NCBI GenBank assembly: GCA_022813965.1
Contig: JALDZS010000070.1
Span: forward strand, 62,001 to 109,566
DNA length: 47,566 nt
DNA from: Toensbergia leucococca
Lineage: Eukaryota
Reading direction: 5' to 3'
In this document: positions 10,172-21,820 of the stretch, piece after piece
Layout: every line of letters starts with the position of its first letter
Numbering within the stretch: the first letter of the stretch is position 1
Made by a program: the position numbers and the translations under genes
The notes under the pieces: model-generated
The model's database searches: none
The model's input: the letters and a program-made list of their open reading frames with translations, nothing else
Told to the model about the DNA's origin: nothing

Positions 10172-12244
10172 TTATGAGTCCTCCTGAAGCCTCAAGAACA
10201 AGACAGTGTTGCTGCGATGATCAATTGGTTGCAACATCGCCGGCCCATGCTCCTCAAGCCGTTCTTTCCAAACCGAAGGCTCGCCAATAAAATCCCAATC
10301 TCTCTTTGACAACTGTAAGTCCATCAAGCCCCTCTGCTCCCGATTGTTGAACGCCTCTTGCAGATGCCAAAGCCGCGGACCGTCCTCATGGTGTTCCACC
10401 CAAAATTTGCCCGAGTAGATGGACAGTAATCGTATTTGAGGAAATTTCGTGACTAGAATATCAATTCCAATGAGTCGTTCTCCCAGCATTGTCGTTCCCT
10501 CGGTTCGGACGGCCCATCTCGATAGAGAGCCTGAACGAAAGATACCCCCAGAAAAACAAGGGATCGTACAGTTGAAACTCATCGCATGAGAACGATACGA
10601 TCGAAGGTCCAAGACCCTCAGGTGCTGAAGATAACAACTCTCGATGTTGACGTCAAATTCAAGGTCAAGACGATCAATGTCGTCAATCCTCAGTCGGCGA
10701 ATTTCTGCTCCCCATCGGAAAACCTCTTGGCTCTTTCCAAATATACAAAAATTCAGTGGTGCATCTATAACCCTTTCCAACTCAAAATCTTTAGTACTGA
10801 TACGGACTTCCTGAGCTGCAAATCGATGGGCTATGTCTCCGGCTGAGAATCGTTCTTGAAGGCATCTGTTTAAATCCCATATAAGGTTTGAGGAGCAGCT
10901 GAAACAGTCCGTGATCTCGAGAACCTGTAAACTATCTTGATGCTTCTCAACAAAACTGGTAGCGCTATCTATGATGTGGGTATACTGATTGGGATTTACG
11001 GGATCAATGCATCCCAGACGGAATTTAAGGCGACGCCATCCACAGTCACGGATGTACTCAGCCTCAGTGCCACTGTATGTATCTCTCCACCCCGGAATGG
11101 ATATTCTATGGAGTGCTGGGGACACAAGAGAAGCAAGGAGGTCGTCGACAATCTTTGGAGCTATGAAGTCAACCTTGAGATTTATCAGACCTTGACACGG
11201 CTCCAACGAAGCCCAAAGCAGGCCTTCTGGCAAAGGCACCTTGCAGTGGTAACTGTCTTTCAATGTCAGGTTTCTCAACGTGACCGGAAAACTTCCTTGG
11301 ATGCCCATCATGTCTTCTATATTTTGATCATCTCTGTGGACCAAGGCCTGGAGAAATGGGACTAATGGGGAGGGATCGTCTTCACCCCCAACCAAGAATG
11401 TTTGGTCATAGCAGGTCCCAGTTTTGCAAACTATCGCAGAGATCTCCAAATCGATCAGACTAAGCCGTGCAATCCCTTTGGCCAGATTCCGTCCTTCACC
11501 GTGTACCAATCGACCCAATTTGAGGGTATGAAGGCCGCTCAATTCAGCGAGACATCTGAAGTCTAGGATTAATTCCTCTAAAGGTATCGGCCATCTTTCA
11601 TTGAGACTAGGACCACGTTCATCACGCTCAAAATAGTAGTCGTAAGTCCTGAGTTTGAGAATACGTATGGTCTCGATACGTACCAGATCAAGCAGTGTGG
11701 GCATGTAGAGGGCTCCTTCGAGGCGAACGCACGTCAGCTTTCGCAGTTGTCGCAGGAGTAGGCGGAGGGTCGCTTTTAACCAATTCTCATTGGCTCCTAG
11801 GTGCCAAGAACGAGTGTTCCAAGAAGGGTCTCTCATGTCCCAGTAAAGATCTCTCACGTATGACACGGGCAGTGGCGGAGTGCGTCCTCTTATTGTTGGA
11901 AAGCCGATCAAGCGACGAGTGGTGTGCTTCCGGAATGCATTCTCGGTAAGGAAGCCGATCTTACATCTGTTTTTGACCCGGTCTGGTCGTGGAATCCCTA
12001 TACCCCATACCGTCCGATGGCCGAATAATACACTGGTGCCAAACATTGCACGAAAGTACACGTAGCTGAACATATCGCAGTAATTTATGCTCACATTGTG
12101 CCAGATCAGTTCACTCGCATGACCATGGAAAAAATGACTGGTACATGACCAAGCAATCATCGATTTGAGATCCGAGTGTTCGATAATGAGAAGAAGAAGT
12201 TCTCGAGGCAGATTCACCCACAGCGAAGGATCTAGTTCAGCCAT
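10172..12244 (-). CDS. Hypothetical 690-aa protein with an N-terminal F-box-like motif and LRR-like Leu repeats
   Basis: Long intronless ORF. N-terminal LWVNLPRELLLLIIEH...WSCTSHFFH resembles an F-box. Repeated LxxLxL motifs (LRKLTCVRL, LHTLKL, LRNLTL, LQVLEI, LRVLDL). Confidence 0.65.
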   Translation of the reverse strand: MAELDPSLWVNLPRELLLLIIEHSDLKSMIAWSCTSHFFHGHASELIWHNVSINYCDMFSYVYFRAMFGTSVLFGHRTVWGIGIPRPDRVKNRCKIGFLTENAFRKHTTRRLIGFPTIRGRTPPLPVSYVRDLYWDMRDPSWNTRSWHLGANENWLKATLRLLLRQLRKLTCVRLEGALYMPTLLDLVRIETIRILKLRTYDYYFERDERGPSLNERWPIPLEELILDFRCLAELSGLHTLKLGRLVHGEGRNLAKGIARLSLIDLEISAIVCKTGTCYDQTFLVGGEDDPSPLVPFLQALVHRDDQNIEDMMGIQGSFPVTLRNLTLKDSYHCKVPLPEGLLWASLEPCQGLINLKVDFIAPKIVDDLLASLVSPALHRISIPGWRDTYSGTEAEYIRDCGWRRLKFRLGCIDPVNPNQYTHIIDSATSFVEKHQDSLQVLEITDCFSCSSNLIWDLNRCLQERFSAGDIAHRFAAQEVRISTKDFELERVIDAPLNFCIFGKSQEVFRWGAEIRRLRIDDIDRLDLEFDVNIESCYLQHLRVLDLRSYRSHAMSFNCTIPCFSGGIFRSGSLSRWAVRTEGTTMLGERLIGIDILVTKFPQIRLLSIYSGKFWVEHHEDGPRLWHLQEAFNNREQRGLMDLQLSKRDWDFIGEPSVWKERLEEHGPAMLQPIDHRSNTVLFLRLQEDS

Positions 12245-13044
12245 ATCGGTTGGTTTTCTTCACATGACCATTACAAGGTGGAATGTGGCAGGAGTCAAGC
12301 TTTTCAAGTAGGCCAAGGTGACAAGTAAAATTGATGATGCCGTGTTAAGCTGTGAGGAGGCTTGTTGTGTTGTGGAGGAAGTGGTTATCACCAAATGTGG
12401 GTTTTTGTGGAGTTGGTGGACCTTGGAGTTTTTGGAGGGTTGTGGTGGATCGTGAGGCAGAAAGTATCAAGTCTTCATATACCTTGGGATGAGAGAAAAT
12501 GGGGCGATGCTGTGTTGACGCATGGTGTTGAAGCATCTCAAGATGTGTTAGGTTCAGGATGTTGATGTGTGTATGTGTTGTTTGGAAGATGGTGAGTGCG
12601 TAGTCAAGGCTATCGTTCTTGTACATGGGCAAAGCATGTAGGGATCTGTAGGTGAGTGCGATGGCATGGGGGTGGTTGATGAAGTGCAAATATTGTATTG
12701 CTATCTTATCTTACTGGCTCTTGAAGATGGATGTTGTGTTGAGGTGAAGTAGAATTCACATTTTCTTTTCTCGACAAAGAGCAAAACAAAAACATCCCTT
12801 GGAACCTAGAAGCCCATTCTGCCTTCATTCAAGCTGAGATTCTCTTCATTGGAGCTTGTACACGTTGTAGGGGTTCTTACAGAACGCTTTGTTAAGGTGA
12901 ACGTGTGTGTCCTGTAATCACACTCGTTGTTCACATGGGTGGCATGTTTTGAAAATCTCCTTGGCCATCTGAACGTAGCTACAGAGAAGGAGAATTGGTC
13001 CATGGTCTAAATCTTCAAATCTAGTAAAAGCTAGGATGGCTACG

Positions 13045-15175
13045 TTAGTCGTCATCGGTCGTAGAATCAATGCTCTCGTGATCATCGAAATTGTCCTCTT
13101 CTCCGCTTGAAACTCCTGTCCGCAATTCGACTTTCCCTGCTGCATCTTCATCCTCTTCCTCATCTTCCTCAACCTCCTCTACTACTTCAAATTCTCCGCA
13201 TAGATCCCACCTATCTCCCTTTGCTTCCCGACTTACATACTTCACGAATCTTAGGACGCCTTTGTCCCTCAATACGATACTTAATCCATTCCACCCTGCT
13301 GGCATGCTGAACAAGACTCCGTCGTCCTCCTCGCCCTCACCCGCCGCTTGATACACTGCCGGGTCTGCTTTGGTACTCTTACGGTTCTGAGGCTTCGAAG
13401 GACCAGAGGTACGTGCCCCTGTACTCATATCAAGTGGTACTTCGACTCCGTGGTTGCTCCCTGTTTCATCGTCGCCGACACCATCTTGGGTTTCGTCGTC
13501 ACCAGCCATGTAGACTTCATAGCCACCAACTCCCGCCTCTCCATCACCAGTGCCTGCATCTTTCACGCCCTCTTCTCCCTCCGTCACTTGATCGTCGACC
13601 CAGCCATTTGTAGGCGTGAGTCCAATTGTGATCTCCAACCTCGACGTGTCATCGTCAGAGCCCGTGGCTAATGTGTAGTCTTTTCCACGCCGGAATCGGC
13701 GTGCAAGAAGGTTATTTGAGGAAAGGACTAAGCCTGTAGCCAATTGAAGCCATTTTCGAAATGCTAGAGAGGGCAGAAGATTTTCTAGCAATTCTTGAAC
13801 TAGTGATTGAGGTCTAGACTCGGCTGAATAGGGATCACGAGCCTGCAGATACAAGAATCGATGTTTGTGCGGAGGCCGAGCAACCTTCCAAGAGGTAGTC
13901 TCCTCGATGTCGGAAGTAGATGTAGGAAGAGGTTGAGATTCTTCAGTGACAATGTAGTCGCGGAGTGAATCAGAGAACTTTCTTGACAAGAAAGTCTCGA
14001 GCCGTAGGTTAGACTCTTCGGCAAATATGTCGGACAGAGATTCAAGTGTGTCCGGAGTCAAGTATGTAGGTGTCATGTATCTGAGAAGGAAATCCAAGTC
14101 CTTTTCGGAGAGCATTCCGTCGTCTTCGATGGCATTGATTGACGACTCTTTGTTCCCATTGAGTTTATCAGAATCCACTGGAGGAACATCGTAAAGATGT
14201 TTTTTGGGTTTGGGAAAATCGAAATTGTCTTCTTTGCCCTGCAATTGCATAAGACTGCTCTTCTCTGCCAATTTCTCCTCTAGTCCATTTACGTAGCCTT
14301 CCTCACCCTCTTGGGGTATGTGGTACCAGCCACTGATAGCCATTCTCACTCTGTCCTTGTCATCTTCTTCCTTTTCTTCGCTTGGTTTGGCATAAACCTC
14401 TTCAACATCATGAAAACTCTCGCCTGGCTGAACAGCAAAAAAGCTCAATTGATTGAAAGCTGGTGGGATGAACACAGTGTAATCAGGACTAGGGACCTTG
14501 ATCTCTTGTCCTTCCTTTCCGGTGTAGGTTTGCGTGGGATATAACCGCAGTGCACCTCCCCACTCTTCCTTCCAAGGGTGATCAGGATCTGTCAAGTACA
14601 GGATATAACTGACTCTTCTACTGCCAATAACATCATCATGACACAGCAAGTGGCATCCAGGGGTGTAGACGTTGATGGCCATATCTGTCTTCCTGCCAGA
14701 GAGTGGGCCAGATTCGGTAATGGTGGAGAGGTAGTCCCGGAAATCTGAGGAGTACAATGCATCTCGGAGCAACAACAGAGAGGGTAAGAGCTTGAGAGAT
14801 GAGTCGTCAAGGCCATCGAGATTCGCAAGATCCCCGGATTGGTGTATCTTATAAATGTCGGTTTCTTTGGGAGTAAAGGAAAGATTTTCCTGGATTTCAC
14901 TGCGAACATTGCGAAGGAGAGTAGGAGATATTAGATCTTGAATCACGCCATGCTTGTATCTATGACGTTGTCAGACTATTCAATGTATAACACTGCATTG
15001 AAGTCTCGTACGGGAATGAATTGGAGTAAGACTGTCTGTAGTCGTCCAGGATAGACTGAGCGAAGAGACCGTCTCTCAAATGACTGGGAGCAGTAGACTC
15101 AACGACAGCTCTTCTCTTGGCTGGCTTGAGCTCTGGGGAATCCAATTGGGCGTCAATGTCAGCTTTGCGCTTCAT
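13045..15175 (-). CDS. TPA1: uS12/Rps23 prolyl 3,4-dihydroxylase Tpa1/Ofd1 (2OG-Fe(II) oxygenase)
   Basis: Exons 15175-15012 and 14959-13045. Intron 15011-14960 joins to give PYKHGVI. Motifs KETDIYKIHQSGDLANL, HLLCHDDVIGSRRVSYILYL, SFHDVEEV, RMAISGWYH, PPHKHRF and LRFVKYVS; acidic tail. Confidence 0.95.
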
Positions 15176-15592
15176 TTTGATTGAGTTGATGTGACCATAT
15201 CTAGTCCTCGAGTTCTAGGGCTTGGGGAAGGCTAAAGCCCTGGAAAGAAGCGAGCCCGCTTTAATTCTTCGTTAGGGTCTCTCGATCTTTTCTCTTCTCT
15301 TTTTTCTCCGCTGCAACAAAGAAGGCAGTCGAGGACATCGAATGAACGCAACGGTCGTATCTTGTGCAACCTACCAAGCATACCTACTCGATCCTTAGCC
15401 TTGTGCTTGATTTAGGTTGCCTACTCATGCAAATTTCTGACTGTGCCTCGGTCCTACCGTCATCAATCTCGCGCTGACTTTGCTGCCCAAAGGCGCGAAG
15501 TGCGACGTTGATAACAAACATCTTTCTCCTTTCTCATTTCTCATTTCCTTTGTCATGTCATCCTCCCCAGCTTCCTGCATCATCGAGCAAAT

Positions 15593-16662
15593 ATGCAAAG
15601 CTCAATGGCGCAGACACGATATCATTATTGGACAGTCACGTTGAATGCGACAGTCTCAGGCATCAATGTTGATAATATACGGCTTGCGCTTCAAGAATTA
15701 GGAGAGCAATGTCGCCTCGCTGTTGCGTCACTGTTGATTCCGACTTTACTTTTGTACTTTTCTATCTATGCCCATGTCGAAGGCCACTACTCCTTATATA
15801 AAGTCCTGACCTTTATAGCCATTGCAGCTTTCCTTGCATGCCCAAATCTGACGCCAATATGCTGTGGTCCTGTCAGAATTCGCTATAGCGGTTGCATGTA
15901 TGAAGTCTTCGGACATCTTCGCACGGCGACATTCCTTACCTGTCTACGCCCATAAATCCCGGCCTCGTTCTTCTATCCTAGCCCTGATCCTTCTCACTGA
16001 GCTACGCTATGAGTCGTTCACACCAAATTACATCCGAGTTGCAAAACAAGCTGAGAACTATTCGGAGCCTTTCCAGCTTGCTACACGCTGGGGTCTTCGC
16101 TGCCCTTCAGAACCTTCCGCAGTTTTCCCCTATGGTCCTAGCATTCGAGATTTTGCTAGCTACTTGTATTCTAGGGACAAGCATGCGACTTCCTTTCAGA
16201 GATAAGACTTCACCTGCTCTCTTCGGCCCTTTGTACCTCGCGGATTCTCTCTTAGGATTCTGGTCCGAAATATGGCACAATGCCTTTGCCTCGCCGTGTC
16301 AGAGCCTTGCTTATGAGCCTATTAGATATACGCTTCCTAGGTACGGGGTACCTATAATTGTGGCAAGGAGCTTAGGAGTTCTTGCTACATTTGGACTCAT
16401 GGCAGTATTTCACGTTTACGCACTGGCACCTATACTACCTCCATCAAGTCTCCTAAGAATAGGATTGTTTTTCTTTTTTAATGGAATTGGGACGGTAGTG
16501 GAAGTGATGGTTTGGGGGAAGAGGAGACACTGGGTCAAGACTGGTCTGGCGTGGGGGTTTGAAACAACATTGGCATCTTGGACGGCCCAAGGAGCGCATA
16601 TCTCTAATGGGCTGAACAGAATCCCGTGGAGGAACATGTGTGGTCCACCATCTAAATGGTGA
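15593..16662 (+). pseudogene. Membrane-bound O-acyltransferase (MBOAT_2/wax-synthase-like) gene interrupted by two apparent frameshifts
   Basis: Hydrophobic, protein-like sequence is split over three frames: 15593-15877, 15879-16082 and 16084-16662. The last frame carries PLYLADSLLGFWSEIWHNAF and MAVFH, typical of MBOAT_2. I saw no convincing intron bridging either junction. Confidence 0.6.
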
Positions 16663-16988
16663 TAACGACCGAAAACCCTTAATTGATCATGGTCTTATTT
16701 AATGAGAAGATAATGTTTTAGCTCATTTATATAAGTATAACCAGATTTTGTTCTTTGTCATAACATGGAGAGAATGAGGGAAAATTCACCCGATCTGAGC
16801 ATCGCGTGAGGGTTGCGGTGTCGGGAATATGCTGCGCCGACGACGCGTTGATGAAAAAGCTTCCACTCTGTTCCTTTCAAGCTTTCTTACTCCAACTCAA
16901 GCATATGACCAAAATCCCACCAAAATACATGTTGAAATAGCCAATTCGATTCCAGCACACAGCTTCCAATACCTCACATCTTACAAAT

Positions 16989-17813
16989 ATGTATATAACT
17001 GCCAATACCCCTGCAATCACCATGATCCCCGACTTTACCCCTCACCATCTCACCGCACTCTCAACCACAGATCTGACAATCGACATGGCCCTCGACCTCC
17101 CCGCCACGAGCTTAAAGAAGCGAAAACGAACTCACGAGTCTCTGCCATTACACGAGTACGATTTCTCCCACAGCTTGTACAAAGCTCTAGATCCAAAGCC
17201 AACAAACCCCAGCAGCTCCTTACGTTCAGACTCTCACCTCCTCCGAACCATGAACCCCGTCACCATAAACCGGACCGGCCCAATCTCATCTCTCCTTCAG
17301 CCTAAACAGAATCGTCACTCAGAATATCTCCATGCCGGCCCACCATCCAAACACAAACGACCGCGGTTCTTCCTCCCTCCCTTACCCCATCTCCCTCCTT
17401 TGCACACCTACTCCATACCACCCTCATCCCCAAATATCCAACCGTGCCACATTTGCCACCGCCGTCCAACAGCCACAATCCACCTCTCCAACTTCTCAAG
17501 CTGCTCCGCCTGTCAGAGCCGGACCTGCTACGTCTGCATGCGTGTGTGTGATGGGCCTGGATGCCACTCCGGTACACTTAACACCCAAGATGTGTCTGCG
17601 AGGGGAAGCGAAGATGAATGTGCGAGGGGGAGGAGGATATGTGCGAGGTGCTGTGTGGAGGTTGGAGCGGAGGGGAGGGCGTGGTGCTTTGGGTGCTATG
17701 AGGATGATGGGGATGAGGGGGAGGATGAGGGGAAGGGAGAGATGGATGAAGGGAGGTCGGAGAGAGTAAGGGATTGGTTGGAGGGATGTGGGGCTGTGGG
17801 CGAGAGCAGGTAG
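16989..17813 (+). CDS. Fungal hypothetical protein with a Cys-rich, probably Zn-binding C-terminal domain
   Basis: 274-aa ORF with a basic NLS-like KKRKR and paired Cys motifs CHIC, CSAC, CYVCMRVC, CARCC and CFGC; acidic tail. The exact start is uncertain. Confidence 0.65.
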   Translation: MYITANTPAITMIPDFTPHHLTALSTTDLTIDMALDLPATSLKKRKRTHESLPLHEYDFSHSLYKALDPKPTNPSSSLRSDSHLLRTMNPVTINRTGPISSLLQPKQNRHSEYLHAGPPSKHKRPRFFLPPLPHLPPLHTYSIPPSSPNIQPCHICHRRPTATIHLSNFSSCSACQSRTCYVCMRVCDGPGCHSGTLNTQDVSARGSEDECARGRRICARCCVEVGAEGRAWCFGCYEDDGDEGEDEGKGEMDEGRSERVRDWLEGCGAVGESR

Positions 17814-19804
17814 TTGTGAGTAAGGCTGGGGAAAAGAGCGGGGAGATTTATGTTGTTAATAACATCTTTACGCATGGTAAGAGGTACAGGAAAGGAAAAG
17901 AGCATGAATACTTATCAGATAATTAATCTAGCATATTAAAAGCAGCAGCATATCACCCCAACCCGCTCTTTCCCTCTCCCTCCAACTTTACAAACGTCTT
18001 AACCAGACCCCTCTCAACAGGACACCCACCACCTCAAACACATCTCCCAATCCCGTTCCCGCCAAGCAAGAGGGTACAAAAAAAACCTAGCCAAGAAAAA
18101 AAAGTGGAACCGCAAATCTCACAACCCCTTTACCTACTCTCACATTGCAGAACTAACAGTTATATCAATTTCCCTCGTATGAAATCCAATCCATTGATTC
18201 CGCGTGCAAATATTTTGAAGCTATGACAGCTATGACTCTGAATATTGTACAGAAAAATATTGGGGAAAAAGGAAAAGGGGGACAGAAATATCACTTTTGA
18301 AAATTTTCTGAATTATATGCTGTCTTGAAAAGGATGTTCTGTTTATGTGCTTAGCTGCATTGCCTGCCTCTTTGATCTTCTTTCTGAGGCTGCTCTGAGA
18401 AGATCATGAAACTTCCTGATGAGACAACTCTACACTCTCTGAGGTGATAGAATCGCCTCTATTCTTTAATTGATACATCACTTTAGAATTGAGTCATATC
18501 ACTCATCACTTACCCTTAAATTCACTTTTCAATTATTATCTCAATTATCATCATTCTTAGCATCCTCACCATCCCTCAACCATCATTCTCATCATCCTCA
18601 CCATTCTCACCATCATTATCATTCTCACCATCCTCACCACCACCTTCACCATCAACCTCATCATCCCTCTTCTCACCCCCTCCCACTACACCTTCAAATC
18701 AACCCTCTCAAATCTCACCATCAAATCCTCAGAACTCATACTCTCAACCCTCACCCCTCACCTCACCCTTTAAACTCACAGCACTGTACATGAGAGAAGA
18801 GTCAGAGATAGGGTTGTGAATGAGATGAGGGAGTGTTGAGGGATGTGAGAAAGGGATAGGGATGGGGGATAGGCAATGAGGGATAGAAGATAGGGGACAG
18901 GGGATATAGATGAAGGAGGTAAGGATGAAGGAGAGAATATAGAGAGAATGAGAAGAAATATGAGGTGAAAGGGAGAGAAGAGGGGGAAGGGATATAAAGA
19001 AAAAAGAAAGAGAGAAAAACAGAGAAGGCCCACAGAGAAAAGCGCATCACAAAACCAACACTCAACCCTTGATACCAAGAACCCATTTGAAAAAGAAAAC
19101 CCGTACAGATACTGACGCAAGAACAATATCCCTCCCCTTACATCCAACCATCCCCTTCCCCCCCCCGCCTCCCTCATCACCTCTGACCCTCACCCTTCCC
19201 CTCCCCCTCAAAACAAAAACCCCCAAAAACCCCCTTATCAAACCCTCCAAAAACTCAAAGAGCTGAAAACAAAAAAAAGAGAGAAGGGGGCGGGGGCGGC
19301 GAGAAAAATCAAAGAAAAAGAGCCCATCACATCACAACTCTCTCAAAAACCTTAAAACCATTCTACAATCCTATTCCTTCTTTCTTTCTTTTTTTTCTCA
19401 AAAATGTGATGGAGGATAAAAAAAGGGGGGGGCTGACGTTATTGGGGTTTTAGTTTGCCCTAAAAAATTTAAGTTTTGTCAAAAAATGATTAACAAAAAA
19501 GAGAGAGCAAGAAAAAAAAGAAAAACTTAGCAAGGAAAACGGGAAGGGGGGGCGGGGTGAGGGTGCAACGGAACAAAGGAAAGGATGTTTGAGCATCTAG
19601 TTTGGATGAGAGGTGGGGGGGAGGGTGGAAATGGGGTAGATTGGTGCTCGTTCGCCCATTCGCTCATGGCGATGGTGACGAATACACATGGAGAGAAAAT
19701 GACAGAAAAAGAAAACATGAATGCCCAAGTATTAACTCCTGCCTTCGACAACAAAACCTCCCCTCCCCTCCCCTCCACCCACCAACCCAAAACCCCGCGC
19801 CCCC

Positions 19805-21820
19805 CTAAAACTCAAAATCCCCTCTAAACGCCTCAACATCCATACCCACCTCGACCTTCTCACTCAAATCCCTCCTTCCCATCTGATTAAACACCCGTCT
19901 CAACGTCTCATAAAGGTTAGTACTCTGATTCATCCCCATGCCCGCCAACCCATCTAGCCCACCATCCCAACGCCCTTGCTCCTGCTCCCCCCCAACAACC
20001 TCCAGAACCCTCTCCCGTCCCTCCCTCGCAACAACATCATGCATACTCAACGCCCCCAACAAATGCTGCGCCGCCTCCTCAAAACACCCAATATTGATAC
20101 ACGACACGCCAAGATTATAGCGGGCCCGGACAAAGTTGGCGTTGAGCGTGAGAGCTTTTTCGTACGCGGCTATGGCCTCCTCGCTACGGCCACTGTTGGC
20201 AAGAGTGGCGCCAAGGCGGTTCCACAGAAGGTGGATCTGCGGCTGCTGGTTGGAGGTGCCGGTCTCCGTGGAGGCGAGCGCGGCCTCGAAGCAATCGACT
20301 GCCTTTTCATATTCCTCTGCGCCGTAAAAGAGCACGCCGAGTCCAACTTGGACATCTGGGTCCATGTGATCGCCTGCGGGAGAGAGTTGCGCGGCACGAA
20401 TGAAGTGGGCGGTGACCTTATCGTGGAGAAGGTGGCGATCTGTGAAGCCGAGGTCGGCCTCTGTGGAAAGGTCTGCTGGGTCAAGGATCTGAGGGTATTT
20501 CGTTGCAAGCCATCGTTCCAGGGTACGGTAAGCAGTAGTGTCGTAGCCATCGTTCGTATATGAGACTGCTAGGCCCATTAGGGCGTCAAGGTTTTGAGGG
20601 TCGAGTTTGAGGGCGTGTTCGAGGGCACGGATAGCGGGTGATTCTTTTTCGTTCTGGGCTTGTGCGCTGCCGAGCATGGTCCAGGCTTGGAGGTGCTGGG
20701 GATCTTTCTGAACGGCCGCTTCAAAGGCGAGAGCGGCGAGGGAGAGGTTGCCGCCTTCTTGCATTATTTTGAGGCCTTCGTCAAAGGGATTGCTGGTTGC
20801 GCGAAAGACATTTTCTTCTTCGAACAGGTAATCGCCTAATTGGGGATCTCGAAAGCCGCCATCCGCATTGAAGGTGTCGAAGCCGTCCCACTTGAAGTCA
20901 GGCAGGTGTCCGTCGCCGAGCCCAAGCTGGTCATCGTCAACCATTTCTCTAGCGTTTGCTGTCTCAGCTTGTATCCCTCGCCAGATACTTTCAAAGTCGC
21001 CGAATTCATGGGTTTCGCTGAGGACTGACCTGTCCATATACCTGTCCATATCGTTGAGCTCTGCATCTATTGCCGCATTCGCCTCCGCATCCAAATCTCG
21101 TTGACCTTCTGCATCAATTTCGGCAAATTGCTGCTCCCAGTTATGTTCATCCAATTCGACCATACGCCCCTTACCCTTTCCTTGTGCCATAGCTTCTGCT
21201 GGCTGTCGTTGCATAGACGTCGGTCGATACAAAGGTGCCATCATACCCATGTTCATCCCATAGCCCATTCCCGTCGGCCTTTGGTACCCATTCATTGAAG
21301 CATTCGATAGCTCCGGACTTGCCATTCTTGCGGTACTATTTCGCTCTATCTGCTGAAATCGCTGAAATTCTGCGGGACTAAAGCCAGCGGGAACGAAGCC
21401 TCCAACCTTTGGAGCTTGAAATGTCGCCTCCATTCGTGCCAATTCTGCCGGATCAAATTCAGCTGCCCAAGCAGGTGAACCAGTGTGTGGAGAGGCCAGT
21501 GGGTAGCCTTCGAGTTCTCGGCGCATATGCTCCATCATAAATGGTTGGCCAGGATCTTGTGGTATTTGGCCGTTCTGCTGTAAAAAGTCGTCCATCATCT
21601 ATACAAGGTATCTCAGCAAGATGGCCAGCTCATTCTGAAATTCAATCACCTTCTCTTGTCCTCGGCCATTCATCTGAGTTCTGAAGGTTTCATGAACATT
21701 ACCTGACCCTCGTCCCACCAGTCTATCTCTTTGAAGTGACTTGTCATCCTGAACGTGCTTGGTGAACTGGGTTAAAGGGTTGCCGGCGGTGGAGCATTCA
21801 GCGCCGCCAAGGAAGGACAT
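19805..21820 (-). CDS. PEX5: Peroxisomal targeting signal 1 receptor (TPR protein)
   Basis: Exons 21820-21650 and 21598-19805; intron 21649-21599. N-terminal MSFLGGAECSTAGNPL with the conserved Cys, WxxxF motifs (WAAEF, WEQQF), and TPR motifs LAFEAAVQKDP, LWNRLGATLANSGRSEEAI and FVRARYNLGVSCINIG. Confidence 0.97.

Noticed and set aside
18470..18793. His-rich 107-aa ORF as a metal-binding protein
   Set aside because: It has a TTG start and lies in a CpG-depleted low-complexity island; it is better explained as the antisense of a decayed acidic triplet tract.
1..21820. Possible peroxisomal functional cluster (SKL-bearing sulfatase plus PEX5)
   Set aside because: The genes are about 18 kb apart, separated by unrelated genes, and no other PTS1 protein was seen; co-location is probably chance.
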